64,000 bases of DNA from Octopus vulgaris. Lineage: Eukaryota. The notes beneath the pieces were generated by a model. The model saw nothing but the letters and a program-made list of their open reading frames with translations, was not told the DNA's origin and searched no databases. The DNA lies in NCBI GenBank assembly GCA_951406725.2, contig OX597827.1, forward strand, positions 1,178,001 through 1,242,000. The letters run 5' to 3'. Positions 26,071-41,094 of this stretch are shown in pieces (the stretch's first letter is position 1; each line of letters starts with the position of its first letter). The translations under genes and the position numbers were made by a program.

Positions 26071-27919
26071 AATAATAATAATAATAATAATAAGAAGAAG
26101 AATTATGATAATAATAATAATAATGAATATTCAATAATAATATCACAGGTATGACTGTCAAAGTAAAATAGTGCATTGGATGGCAAGACAACTTCTAGTG
26201 AGCTGGTGCCCTGATAAAATGCACCCTGTACCCCCTGTAAAGTGGTTGTTGTTAAGAAGGGTATCCAAGTATGGAAACTATGTGAAAATGAAGATATTGG
26301 AGCAAGACTGGCCTGCAACCCATTGAATCCTGTGTAACCATCTTGCCTAAGACAGATGGAAAGCAGACCTAATATGATGGTGGTGATGATACAAGTACAC
26401 ATACATACAGACTATACACATACACAGACACATGCAACCACACACGATACAAACATATATACATACAAGCACTCACATACAGGGGCAACGTTATCTTGAG
26501 AGTGGTTTATAGTACAGAAAAAACTCCAAGTCACTGAAGCCAAGATTGAACAGAAGCAAATTCTGTGATAAAATGATGGTTGTAGCTGAAATTTTATCAT
26601 GAAAAAAACTCTCACTAAGTGACAAATTCTCATAGCTGAACTGAAAAAGCTGAAGATAAAAAGCCACGAAAATACCAAAAAACAACAACAAAAATCCTAA
26701 CAAAAAGGAACAAAAATATAAATGAAGAAAAAATCCCCTAAATACAAAGATATTTGAGTGTGTATGTACATGTGTGTGCATGTGGACACAGAAGCATACA
26801 CATACACCCATATATATATACATATATAGACACACATGTATGTATATTATATTATACATGTGTATATCGTGTGTGATATTGTAACATTCATTAGATGTAT
26901 CTCAGATCATAGCTTGTGGGTTATTTATTTATTTTTTCTGCATCACTACACTCTCTGTCTCTCTCTCTTTCTCTCTCTTACCACTTTTTTTTATCCTCTT
27001 TTTGATGTATATGATGGTACAGAATGGCAAACAAATAGGTACGCAGTCTACATATAAGTAAATATATGTATACATGCATACATATATATATACATATATA
27101 TGTATGTTTGTATGTGTGTATGTATATATATATATACATATATATAGTTGCTGCACATACATGTACGTACACACAAAACATATGCAGAGGCGACATAAAG
27201 GAAATAAAAAAAATCATTTGCAAAAAGAAAAAAAAGGCAAAAAGTAAATGGGAGAAAGCATAACCCATACTGGATTTATCTTCAGATCGACTTCATCTGT
27301 TTTTGGGTGTTAGCCAAAGTTGGTGGTGCCCAGCAGTGTAAATGGCTTGGCTGAAAAACTGCACCATCACTATCATCACTATCATCACCATCATCATCAT
27401 CATCATCATCATCATTATTACCATTATCACCATCAGCAGCATCATTGTCACTACCATCATCATCATCACTGTCACCAGCATCTTGATCATGATCATCATC
27501 ATTGATGATCATGATCGACATCATAATAAGCACCATGAATCATCATCATCATCATCATTGTCACCAACATTAGCACCCCACCAATGATTACCATCACCAC
27601 CACCACCACCACAACCACCATCACCACCATCATCATCATCATCTACAGCAGCAACAGTAGCAGATGACAAAAATGCAATAGAACTTATCATCAAAGACTT
27701 TTTGCTACTAAAAAACTTTGCAGATATTACACTCACTCCCAAAGAATGGTCGGTGGATCCTCCAGCATATTCTAGGTTGAGTATTCAACTTATTCAATTA
27801 ACTAAACTATCTGACTCAATAAAGTATAACCTAAGTGGCTGAGAATTACATACACACACAAACATCTATCTTTAATGGGGGGAAAATCTGCAAGACAGAG
27901 TACGTGGCCTCAATGCTCA

Positions 27920-28284
27920 ACTGGTCGATAAAATATCGACCCCGAAAGAACAAAAGGCAACATCAACCCCACTAGAATTTGAACCCAGAATGTAAAGAAG
28001 CAGAAGAAATGGCATTATGTATTTGGTCAGGTGTGCTAACAATTTTGCCACCTTGCTCTCTTAATAATATTAATAAAATACCTTTCTACTGTAGGCCAGA
28101 AATTCTAAGGAAGGGGATAGTCAATTACATTGACCCCAGTGTTTCACTGGTATTTAATTTATCGACCCTGAAAGGATGAAAGGCAAAAATGACCTTGGTG
28201 GTATTTGAACTCAGAATGTAAAGACGGATGAAATGCTGCCTAGCATTTTTCTCCACATGCTAATGATTCTGCCAGCTTGCCGCC

Positions 28285-28343
<59 letters not shown>

Positions 28344-28567
28344 CCTTCCTACTTAAAGCACAAGACCTAAATCTTGGTGGGAGGGGACTAGTTGATTACT
28401 TCGACCCCAATGTTTTACTGGTACTTACTTTATTGATGCTGAAAGGATGAAAGGCAAAATTGACCTTGGCAGAATTTGAACCCAGAACATAAAGATGGAT
28501 GAAATGCCACTAAGCATTTTGCCTGGCATGCTAACGATTCTGCCACCAGGCCACCAGTAATAATGAA

Positions 28568-28624
<57 letters not shown>

Positions 28625-28660
28625 GGCACAATAACTTGTGGGGACTTGCAGGGAGGGGAT
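27920..28660 (-). mobile_element. Head-to-tail array of 3-4 S2 SINEs separated by TAA-rich tracts
   Basis: Cores at ~27940, 28165 and 28435; further partial tail at 28622. Confidence 0.82.
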
Positions 28661-28822
28661 TGACACCCAAACACTCTGAAATGTTCATATTGGAGCTTCT
28701 GGCATGAATGCCAAGCAGTACAGCATGTCGTTTCCAAATTTCTAGCAGAGTGAACTGAATCATGGTGATGTTTTTCTCACAGATGGTGCCCAATGGACCC
28801 TACTATACTGTGTAGTCGACAA
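28661..28822 (-). pseudogene. Tc1/mariner transposase N-terminal fragment
   Basis: MIQFTLLEIWKRHAVLLGIHARSSNMNISECLGVN looks like a helix-turn-helix transposase start; recognised from memory only. Confidence 0.5.
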
Positions 28823-29951
28823 AATCAAAGACAAACAATGTGCATGTGCAAAATTAAATATATGAAGCAACGACAATTTATCCACCACACCCTGTACATA
28901 CACATGCACACGCATACACATCTACATGATACATAACACACAGACATATATACATAGACACAAGATAAATAATATGCATGGCTTTTTATACACACATATA
29001 TACTCATATATACACAAATGCATACACACTTATGCATGAATATAGATATCATTGCCATAATCTCCAACCACCAATATTTTCAAGATTTGTCCACTTAGTG
29101 TCTCTTTCTCTATTTTGCACCATTACTACAACCACCACCACACACACACACACACACATACACACACAGACACAGACACATACACACACATCAACTTCCC
29201 TCTCTTCTTCCCTTCTGACTCAGACTCATATACCTATCCACCCGCCCACCCATCCACCCACCTTGTCCTTCCTTTTTTTTTCTAACTGTGTCTTCCTCCT
29301 TCGCCCCACCCCAAACACTTTACACTAATTAGCAAAAACCCATTGCACTATTGGTCAATATATGAAGGTCATTACAACATTGACAACCAATTTCCATATG
29401 GCTGATTTTCAGATTGTGTAGGCTATAACAACAACAACAACAACAACAACAACATTAACAACATTAACAGCACCAGTAACAATATCAAGACCAATTATAA
29501 TAATTTCTTTTGACAAGGAGCAAAGCCAATTATTGCCGTAATACTGAGAATATAGTCCCATGAATCAAACATCTGCCAATTTCAGGTACTCAATTGTACT
29601 GAGTTGATTAGTCAGTTTGATTTCAGTCCCTATGAAGTGTCTATAACCTCCTCCCTCCCCTCCCCACACTTTATTCTTGATGGCACAGTCTACCTAACTG
29701 TAAATAGGCACCATGTAGAAGTGCATTAGAGTAAAGAGTGCTACAAGCAAAGGTATTCTCTGAAGATGGCGAAACCAGCAGCTTTATTCTTTCTGGGTCC
29801 TGCAATAGCCTATTAGGCCAATATTAGCATGAACCCCAGTGGTTACAGAAGGGGCATGTAATAACAGAACTGGGACCCTGTAGGATTCTGTCTTACCATC
29901 CAACCCTTCTGTGATTATATCTGATTGTGAGTGCTGTATTCCAGAGTATAG

Positions 29952-30040
<89 letters not shown>

Positions 30041-30388
30041 AGTGTTTGTGAGGGCATTGTGGCCTTGTGGTTATGGTGTTACTCTCACAATCACAAGATC
30101 ACGGTTTCAGTTCCTTGACTGGGTGATGCATTGTGTTTTTGAGTGAAATACATCACCTGATGTGGTTCTGTGATTTCTTTGGCACCTGATATATGGTGCA
30201 CTGTGTAACTGTTCAGGCAATGTTGATTTGATGGGAGGTGGGGAGTGAGTTGATGTACCGTTTATTCATTTTATCACAATAAACAAATCATTTGTGCACG
30301 ACGTTCGGATTACAAGAGATTACCATCAAATCAATTGATATATTTAAACACCATGTGTTGATTGAAAATAGGTATCATCATCCTACAA

Positions 30389-30660
30389 GTGTGGAGGCAC
30401 ATGGCCTAGTGGTTAGAGCAGCGGACTCACAGTCCAGGGATCGCGGGTTCGAATCTCAGACCGGACGATGTGTGTGTTTATGAGCAAAACACCTAAACTT
30501 CTGCTGACTCTTTTGCCACAACTTTCTCTAACTCTTTCCTCCTGCATCTTGCAGCTCACCTGCAATGGACCGGCGTCCCGTCCAGGTGGGGAACCTATAC
30601 GCCAAGAAACCGGGAAACCAGCTCTTATGAGCCAGGCATGGCTCGAGAAGGAACAAACAA
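30389..30660 (+). mobile_element. SINE S3 with internal deletion
   Basis: tggcctagtggttagagcagcggac ... gggttcgaatctc. Confidence 0.88.
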
Positions 30661-31765
30661 AAAAATATCATCTGGCTTGGAAAAAATTTGGTTGTTATTT
30701 CTGGCAAATTTGAGTGACCACATAAAGGCATTCACCTTAGCTTGCACATTACATTGAAGTGAAGGTGCTCCTGCCTCAACCATCCTGTTTTATGTTGTCT
30801 TATGACAGCAGAGTCTTATTTGAGGGAAAATATAAGTGCTATTTCTAACAGGTCAAGCAAGAGGAGAGGTTATTTCAACCATGACCATCCCATCTGTTTT
30901 GAGACAGTAAGGGTGTCCAGCTAGGCAAATGGTAAAGAGGCTTTTCTAATTCAAGGGCCCTTGATGTCACAAAAATACCATAAAGCACCAATTCCAATGG
31001 TGCATTCTAACCAATTCTGCAACTGCATCATCTTATCATCTGATAGTGATACTAATACTAATACTAGCAGCAAATAAATACAAAAAAAAGAAAAGAAAAA
31101 AAGAAGCAATAAAGATAAAAGTAAAAAGACAGAGGAGAAGGGGGGGTAAGGGAGGTAAGTAAGAAAGAAATGATGTCAGGCAGATTAAACGATGATTCCC
31201 TTTTCTCATGATTTATTCAGTTCTTGCCCTTTTATTTATTTGATTTTTATGGGTTTTTTTTATATATTTTATGTATTTATTTATTGGTCCTTTAGATCTG
31301 CACACAAAGTTCACAAGTTTCTGCAGAGAATTTTATTGTTTTTTTTTATGTATATATATACTTTATTTATTGTTATTTTTGTCGTTGTAGTTGTTGTTGT
31401 TACTGTCATTATCGTCATTTTTGTTGTAGTTGCTGATGTCTTTGTTGTTGTTGTTGTTGTTGTTGGCTGGTCTCTCGAGGTGTGTTTAACACTGGACATT
31501 GGCTAAGCTTTCTGGTCAAATGGAATAAAAGAGGAGGAATTATTCAATAGGAAAAAAAAAAGAAAAAGAGGGAAAAAAGAGAATGTCTACATGGCGTTGG
31601 ACCTTTGCCAGCTTCCTTTAACTGTGAGTGAATGAGTGAGTGAATGAGTGAGCCAGGGCCTCATTCATTCAGTTTCAGGCAAAGCACTTCATAACAACTT
31701 TATATATGTGTATATATATACATATATATATATATATTATATATATATGTATATATATATATGTA

Positions 31766-31839
<74 letters not shown>

Positions 31840-31896
31840 TGTATATATATATTTATATGTATACATACATAGACTCTCATACACACACACATGCAA

Positions 31897-31938
<42 letters not shown>

Positions 31939-31959
31939 ATTATGGTTGTCAGATTCGAT

Positions 31960-32423
31960 CCCACTGCATGGAACCTTGGTCGAGTGTCTTCTACTATAGC
32001 CCTAGGACAAACAAATGCTTTGTGAGTAGATCTGGTAGACGGAAACTGGAAGAAGTCCATCGTGTATGTATATGAATATATACATACTTATATTTGTATG
32101 TGTGTGTGTATATATATATATATATACACACACACAACTGAGTGGATTTGGTAGATGGAAACTGAAAGAAGCCTGATGTGCATACATATATGTGTGTATA
32201 TATATATCTATGTGTGTGTGTCTTAGTGCTTGCATTTGTTCTCCCAAATGCTGGTTTGTTTACATCACAGGGTCTTGATGGTTTGGTAAAAGAAACCAAT
32301 AGAATAAGAATCAGGCTGAACAAAAAAATAAGTATTGGGTTTGATTTATTTGACTAAACATTCTTCTAGGTGGTGCCCCAGCATGGCCACAGTCTAATGA
32401 CTGAAACAAGTAAAAGATAAAAG
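31960..32423 (+). mobile_element. SINE S1 with a duplicated internal segment
   Basis: gagt.gat.tggtaga.ggaaactg occurs at ~32024 and ~32140. Confidence 0.78.
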
Positions 32424-32798
32424 TGTCTTAGTAATTTTTCATTTCATCTCCAATATGCCACAGAGTCAAAACGATTGACAACCATTGTTCTGCACAACTA
32501 CTTGATCTGCTAAAGATAGCAGCCAAATAGAAATTGATCTAAAATCAGACTTTACTGTCTTGTAAATGGAAGAGCACGTTTAACAATGTAGTCCTAGATA
32601 TACAATTCACATGATGGGCATGGTTAGAATGAATCTGATATTAAATTGGTTCAATCAAGCTTGACCTTGGGTTAAATAATAACAATAATAATGTTATAAT
32701 TGGGGTAATTATCATGGTGACTCATCACTGTCAATACTGCCGAGACACCAACCACCACCACCACCGCCGCCACCGCTGCCACTGCCACCACCACCACC

Positions 32799-32829
<31 letters not shown>

Positions 32830-33102
32830 GCAGCAGCAGCAGCAAACAAACACCATCAGCAACAGAGCCAACAAGGTAGCCTCAATGTAGGTGTTTTTCT
32901 TGTTAGAAATTGCAACCAAATAACCTTGAAATCACATCTAAGTCTTATATAAGTAAAGGACAACTTTCAAGTTGACTTTACACTCCAAACATATAAGATT
33001 CAACATCGAAGCAATTAGTATTTTGAATTAAATGTAAAAGAAGGAAGGTGCAATGTTACAGAAGATTATAACAAATAAGTGTTAGAAAGGGAATCAAATT
33101 AA

Positions 33103-33326
33103 CCCTTTCGTTACTCTATTTATTTTGAGATGCTCTGTGTTTTTTTTTTCAATTATTTTAAATATAACAAAGAATTTAGGAAAATAACTTAGTTATCATT
33201 CAGCTAGTGTTAGGAACATAAATTGTGACTAAGGTTTGGTGGAAGATTTTTAATTCAAAACTTATGGAAACAAGACATTTGTACTCAGAGCCAGAACCGG
33301 TTTCAGCCGGGTTGGTAACGAAAGGG
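33103..33326. mobile_element. piggyBac-type MITE
   Basis: Perfect 12-bp TIR CCCTTTCGTTAC / GTAACGAAAGGG; TTAA on the left, TTGA on the right. Confidence 0.88.
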
Positions 33327-33377
33327 TTGAAAACAGAAACAAGAATGGTTTATTTAAACTAACATATTAACACTAGT

Positions 33378-33785
33378 GCAGGCATGGCTGTGCGGTAAGA
33401 AGCTTGCTTTCCAGCCACATGGTTCCAGGTTCAGTCCCACTATGTAGCACTTTGGGTAAGTGTCTTCTACTATAGCCTCAGGTCAACCAAAGCCTTGTGA
33501 GTGGATTTGGTAGAGGGAAACTAAAAGAAGCCCATCATATATATGTGTGTGGGTGTGTGTATGTGTGTGTGTATGTGTGTGTGCATGTGTGTGCGTCTTT
33601 GTCCCCCCCCACCACCACTTGACAACTAGTGCTGGTTTGTTTACGTCCCTCACAACTCAGTGGGTCAATAAAAGAGACCAGCAGAAATAAATACTGAAGT
33701 TGATTCATTCTACTGAAAATTCTTGAAAGTGGTGCCCCAGCATGGCCACAGTCTAATGACTGAAGCAAATAAAAGAAAAGACAAA
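33378..33785 (+). mobile_element. SINE S1, full length
   Basis: Colinear with 8475-8837. Confidence 0.88.
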
Positions 33786-34484
33786 GGGAAACTACTGTGT
33801 CTAGTATAACTGACCAATCAGTGACCAGCCATGCCACACACCTCTGAAACCATAAAGAACTGTTAATATTATTGTTGCTGTTTAGCCCTTGGTTTCATTT
33901 TGATTGAGAAGCAAATCAAAGTTATTCCATTCACGACCATCCTTAATTGTTGATAAGAAACCACAATTATCTGAAGTCTTGCACCACAGTTATCTGATGC
34001 CAATGAAACCTATTTTAAAATGGTACGTTGTGAATTGAGGGAGATTTGGTTGCTATTTCTAGTAGATAGAACAATCACACAAAGACTCTGCCATTATCAT
34101 CATTCATTAATGAATCTGAAGTTGCCAGAAAAACTTTGTCTTCAAGAGCTTGTATCCTTGGAGACGGCTTGCTGAAATAACGATAAGACTCTATAAAATC
34201 CATGCTGTCTACAGCTAATAAGAACCTACAGTTATATCCAACTATCATGTGAACAAAGATTTGATTGTGTAAGGACTGGTAGTTTTATTCCTTTGTACAT
34301 GGCCTCCCCCCACGTCCCCCCTCCTCCACACTCTTTCATTATCTCTTTCTATGTTATATGTCCAGTCCAAGATTTACTCTATGGAAACAACAAAGTGGAC
34401 ACAAACAAACCATAGTGGATCAATAGAAGCTGTCATTAGTACTTTTTCTCAAAAGGAATTTTACAATATTTATAGGTGTAAGCA

Positions 34485-34705
34485 GTGGAGGCGCGTGGCT
34501 TAGTGGTTAGGGTGTCAGCACCATGATCGTAAGATTGTGGTTTCGATTCCTGGACCGGGCGACACATTGTGTTCTTGAGCAAAACACTTCATTTCACGTT
34601 GCTCCAGTCCACTCAGCTGGCAAAATTGAGCACTGCTGCAATGGACTGGCATCCTGTCCAGCTGGGGAACATATACGCCATAGAAACCGGGAAACCAGGC
34701 CCTTT
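34485..34705 (+). mobile_element. tRNA-head SINE sharing its head with S7 and its tail with S3
   Basis: tggcttagtggttagg, gtttcgattcc, gttcttgagcaaaacactt, gcaatggactggcatcctgtccag. Confidence 0.8.
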
Positions 34706-35062
34706 ATCATTTGGCAACCAGTATTAATTTTTTAATGTCCTTGCAACTTAGCAGATCAGCAAAAGAGACTGATAGAATGAGAACCAGACTTTAAAAAATA
34801 AGTACTTGATGACAGTTTGTTCAATGAAATCCTTCATGGTGGTGCACCAGCATGGCCACGGTTCAATGACTGAAGCAAGTACAAAGCAAAAGATAAAAAA
34901 TACAAGCTCGTTTTAACTGATAGAGAGAGAGAGAGGGAGACAAATAGGTAGATAGATAAATTGATCGATAGACAGAGAGAGAGAGAGAGAAGTTGATAGA
35001 CAGGGAGAAGGAGAAAGAGAGAGACAGTCAAATAGATTTTATATATATATATATATATATAT

Positions 35063-35091
<29 letters not shown>

Positions 35092-35093
<2 letters not shown>

Positions 35094-35342
35094 ATCATCA
35101 TCATCATCATCATCATCGTTTAGCGTCCGTTTTCCATGCTAGCATGGGTTGGACGGTTCAACTGGGAGCTGGGAAGCCAGAAGGCTGCACCAGGCCCAGT
35201 TTGATCTGGCAATGTTTCTACGGCTGGATGCCCTTCCTAACGCCAACCACTCCATGAATGTAGTGGGTGCTTTTTACGTGCCAGACGAGTCTGGCAAACG
35301 GCCACGAACGGATGGTGCTTTTTACGTGCTTTTTACGTGCCA
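35092..35342 (-). mobile_element. S4 element
   Basis: (CAT)n then cgtttagcgtccgttttccatgctagcatgggttgg. Confidence 0.8.
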
Positions 35343-35675
35343 TATATATATACAATGTAGTGATCCATGACAGAAAATTCAACAAAAAAAGTGTTCCATC
35401 TGGTGAGAAGTAAATATATAGATAGATAGAAAGAGATATAGCTAGATAGAGATAGAGAAGAAGAAGAAGTGGAGACAGACAAATGGAGAGAGAGAGAGAC
35501 AGAGAGACAGACAGATAGAAGGAGAAAGAGACTAATAAAGGGAGAGAGACATAGAAACAGAGACAGAGAGGTAGATATATAGAGATAGATGGATATATAG
35601 ATAGATAGATAGCGAGACAGTCAGACAGTCAGACAGACAGACAGACAGACAGATAGATAGACGGACGGACGGATG

Positions 35676-35709
<34 letters not shown>

Positions 35710-36594
35710 GAGATGGACAGTCAGACAGAGAGATGGACAGACAGAAAGATAGATAGATGGATAGATAGATAGATAGATAGATAGACAGAAAGATAGCGAG
35801 ACAATCAGACAGTCAGACAGACAGACAGTCAGACAGACAGATAGTCAGATAGATAGATAGATAGATGAGCCAGCCAGCCACCCCATTGAGAATGGACATC
35901 TAGGCCTGCATGTATAAAAGGAGTATTGAAATCTGCCCCATTGATACTCAGAAATCCTCATTATTGTCTCAGTAGTGTTGTTCATGCCTTTGTTGCTTCT
36001 GATGTTAATCTTATGTGAGAGCAACAATAACAACAACAATAGCAGGCATCAATGGACAAAGAAACCTCCTTACACACATATACGGAAAAATGTAGGCAGA
36101 AATAAGATGTATGGAAATTTATATATATATGTATATACATGCATATGCATGCACACCTACAGATGCACACACTCAGAGTCTGAGGTCAACACTCACACAC
36201 ATGCAGCCACAAAGATATATGTGTGTGTATATGTATATATATGTATAAATATGTGTGAGTGTATATATATATGTATATATAGATACATACATAACATGCA
36301 CACATGTATATATGTATGCACATATATGGACAGGGCCAACACTCACCTGGATTCCCAAAATGTATATATATATATCATCATCATCATCATCATCAAGATA
36401 TAGATATAGATATATATATACACATATACATATATATGTGCATACACATATATGATAGATAGAGAGGTAGATAGATAAATAAACAGATATATAGATGCAT
36501 ATATGTTTATGCTTATGTATTCATGTATAATATGTGTAATGTATGTGTGTATGCATATGTCAGAGTGCGTATGCTTGTGTATGTACATTATGTG

Positions 36595-36681
<87 letters not shown>

Positions 36682-37099
36682 GTGTGTGTGTATATATGTT
36701 TGTATGCATTAATGTATATGCATGCATGTATATACATCTGTGTGTGTGTGTGCAGAGACACATACACATATATATACACACAAGCATACATGCAAACACC
36801 AAAAGGCAAAAACAGAAGACAGAAATTCATAAACACACACACACACACACACACGTGCAAAGACAAATATAGAAACATGCACAAAAGAAGTGGTCATTTG
36901 TGCATGTTAAAAAGATACAGAGGCTGGTGTGGTCATAAAGAACCATTTAATGGCATTGCACTGTTGTTTTGGACAACAAAAACCACCCCATCAATGCTGA
37001 TTTTTCAGTTTCCTTTATGTTTTCTCTTCTCTCCTTCCTCTTTCTCCTCCTACTTCTCCCACTTTTATGTGCCCTCTCTCAGAGGATATATATATATGT

Positions 37100-37131
<32 letters not shown>

Positions 37132-37637
37132 ACACACACACACACAGAGCAGAATAACAAATGATACAAACAATAGCCTTTTGGTTTAGCTCAGCCCACT
37201 ACAAACCAAGCTGGAGTTCCAATGTGGTTGCAAGGCAAATACTGACAAAGTTATGGGGCCCTGGGGAAATATCAGCCAGCCAACACTGGCTGAATATGGC
37301 TCCTTATATATTGCCCCTAACTTATCAGACACATACATGCTCAGATTAATTTGGTGTGAGTGTGTGTTTTATGAGTTACTTATGTTATCATGTGCATTTG
37401 TGTATGTGTCAATGGCAACACACATGCACAGATGCATGCAAACACATGTGTATATATATCACCAACGTCATTATATATATGCACACATACATGTTTGCAT
37501 GTTTATATTTACATATATGCACATACACACAACTATATTTACACACACTCATATATATATATATATATATAAAGTATATATACATACACACACATATATG
37601 TATATAAATGCATACACTTATGTACATGTGTGTATGA

Positions 37638-37670
<33 letters not shown>

Positions 37671-38949
37671 AACATATATGTATATATAAATGCACACATA
37701 CATTATTACATGTTTATATTATGCATACACGTATGTACATGTACATATATATATATATATATATGCACAAACACATACACATACAACATACATGAATGAC
37801 TCTGTATGTATATGTATATATATATATACATACACATACATGCATGCATGCATGCATATACCTATGTATATAATATTTGTTTATAAATATTTATAAATAG
37901 ATTTTAATGCTTGTATATACCATTATACATTCCTACTCATATATTTATATATACATACATGCCTGTGCATGCATGTACACACACACACATACACACACAG
38001 ATGTACATAAAAACATAGTGAAAATGAGAGAGAGAGAGTTAGTTATTTGTGCATGTATTTAAATGTTCTTACATACAGGTATGCAAATACACACACACAC
38101 ACACACACACACCAGCTGCACCTACCTTCCACATCATAGGTACAAATTTTATAACATGCTTTTCCTCATAATTACCATATTTATATCTGCTCGTTTTGTT
38201 CTCTATGTATTGCACCAGTTTACTTTTCTTACTCTTTGCTTCTCCGTCTTCCTTGATTCTATGCTGTTATGTATATATATGTATCTCAATCATTGTTAGC
38301 TTCCAACTATAAAAATCTCATTTTTCTATTATATACCAATGGCTAACATTGGCACAAGGCCCATACAGTTTGGAGAAGGTGCAGCCGGTCAAAGCTAACC
38401 TAGTACTTCAATGCTACTTTATTTTATCAACCTCAGAAAGATTAAAGTCAAAGCTTGACCTCAGTGGCATTTTCATCAATATCACTATTATTCTATACCA
38501 ATCTCTATTTCTTTGTTGAATGGCAACTGTAAAAGAAAACATGCCAAAATTGGTTTCACACAAGTGTCTGATCTCTCCAAACCTGGAGTGCCTCCAAAAT
38601 GCGGAATTCTTTCTTTTTTTCACTTCATTTTTTTTTATGAATTTCAAAGTATTCTGTTGACAAATATAAAACTATTCGTTTTAGTCATTTCTTCCAGTTA
38701 GACTAATATTTTAGTATCACTTAAATGTTATGTATGGCTGTGTGGTAAGTTGCTTGCTTCTCAACTACAGGGTTTTGGGTTCAGTCCCACTGCGTGGCAC
38801 CTTGGGCAAGTGTCTTCTGCTATAACCTCAGGCCAACCAAAGCCTTGTGAGTGTATTTTGTAGAAGGAATCTGAAAGAAGCTTGTCGTATATATATTTAT
38901 ACATCTGTCTATGTGTGTGTGTGTTTGCCCCCTCCCCGTGTCATCTTTC

Positions 38950-39249
38950 TTCAACCAATACTAGAGTATGGTAAAGAAGACTTGCTCTTCCTTCCATAGA
39001 AGAAAAAATTCAAATTGGACCATGTTAACACCAAAAATTATTTACATCAAAAAGGTGCTTTTTTTCTATGAAAATCTCTACTTTTTAACGATATTTTGTC
39101 TGCTGTCTCACCATTTTTCGGTGTATTTCAACCAGAAAAATGTTCACTTAAAGAGAATAACAAGCTACATAATGCAAAATTTTTACTTTTCAAAAATTCC
39201 AATTCTAAAGGGCTGAAACAAACCTGAGCAACGCTGGCGATACTGCTAG
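38950..39249 (+). mobile_element. Non-autonomous Helitron 3' fragment
   Basis: Ends cctgagcaacgctggcgatactgCTAG followed by T (39246-39250): degenerate GC hairpin plus CTAG terminus. 5' boundary uncertain. Confidence 0.65.
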
Positions 39250-40554
39250 TAAATATATATATATATATGTATATATATGTGTGTGTGCGTGTCTTTTTAC
39301 TTTTCTTGTCTCAGTCATTAGACTGTGGCCATGCTGGGGCACCACCTTGAAGAATTTTATTTAAATGAATTGATCCCAGAACATAATAACTCTTTAAAAA
39401 GCTTGGTACTTATTCCATCAGTCTCTTTTGCCAAACAGCTAAGTTATGGGGATATAAGGAAACCAGCACCACTTTCCAAGTAATAACTGGCAGGAGGAGA
39501 CAGACAGAGACCTAAAGACACACACGTGTATGCCCCACACACACTCACGCACATGCACGTGCACACACACATACACACACACACATACACACATGTATAT
39601 ATATACAGCAGTGGTAACTCTGGCACTCAGGTTGTTCAGGCTTAGCCTGAGGATAAATTTAGTAAAGTGAACTTGTATTTGCAATCTGATTTAATTTCTG
39701 CCAACGTTGTGACTTCAAGTATGTAATTTCAGCCAATAACTTGGGCTTCTTTTATTGAGCCTGGCTGCAGTTTATTTATTTTCATTCAGCATCTGGTGAT
39801 TGTTTTAGAGGTGCCCTGTGTCAGAAAATCTCATTCGTAGCACATGTTCTCTTGACATCGTTCACACACACCTGACTCAGGCTCAGAAGTTACAGCCTGA
39901 GTTATCTTTAACCATAAAAATCAAAAGTAATTCAAACTCAATGCTTTCTTGAGACAATAAATTTCTATAGAGATTAGGATTTAAATTCCAATCTATGAAA
40001 AGTTTCTGTTCTACAATATTCTTAAAGGAATGAAGAATTATCCAGCAACTTGGGCTAATATGAACGAGGCTGGTAGGTGTAAAAGACTAACTGGCATCTC
40101 TTGTCAAGAGCACAGGTGACAGTCAGATCGGTGATGTTTGATGAGAACTCTGGTTTCATTGATTGATTGCTATTAGTCTGTGCATCTGTGTGTAAAGATC
40201 AGTTGTGTTTTACATGGCTGCTTTAGAAATGGAGAAAGACATAGGGGTAGGTATAAAGAATAAACCGTTTAGGGCTAGAAATAGGGCAGAAAAATGTGAA
40301 ATTCTTCAAGCAGGCATGTGTCTTATGTGAAGTCTGTTATGAGTCCAAGTGATGCTGATGACCTGGAGTTGCCTCCGATGTGTAGATATAATGGGCTTCT
40401 TTCAGTTTCTGTTTACCAAATCTACTGACAAGGCTTTGGTCAGTCCAAGGCCATAGTAGAAGGCACTTGCCCAAATTGCCATGTACAAGGACTGAATCCA
40501 GAACCATGAGGTTGGCAAGGAAACTTCTTACCACACTGCCATGCCTGAGCATCT

Positions 40555-40616
<62 letters not shown>

Positions 40617-40706
40617 CATATACACATTGCGGAAATTGACAAAGATCCATTTACAATATTTTACATGTGTGTGTGTGTGCATGTACATCAGTAAGTCTAT
40701 CTACAG

Positions 40707-40834
<128 letters not shown>

Positions 40835-41046
40835 CACTTTGTATGTCTTCACCACACTGTATTCATAAACCACTTAATTGTTTTATATATACAATCCAGA
40901 TATATTGACAAGATAAAATGAAAAAAAACATTTAATAATTGGAATATATCTAACTTGTCAAATGAAAATAATTAAATAGAGTGGGTAAAATTATCCTAAC
41001 ATCTGGGCAGGTATTTTGTTTGTATGTGTTTTATATATATATATAT

Positions 41047-41094
<48 letters not shown>

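Noticed and set aside
27296-27337. Possible + strand exon after tttatcttcag
   Set aside because: Weak donor and no recognisable peptide.
29875-29892. accctgtagg, similar to the miR-10 family 5' end
   Set aside because: Only ~9 nt match, and it lies mostly in a hairpin loop rather than an arm.
30389-30460. tRNA gene-like sequence
   Set aside because: SINE head; continues into a repeat body with no acceptor-stem closure.
35913-35920. TATAAAAG box
   Set aside because: No convincing initiator or downstream exon; common in AT-rich DNA.
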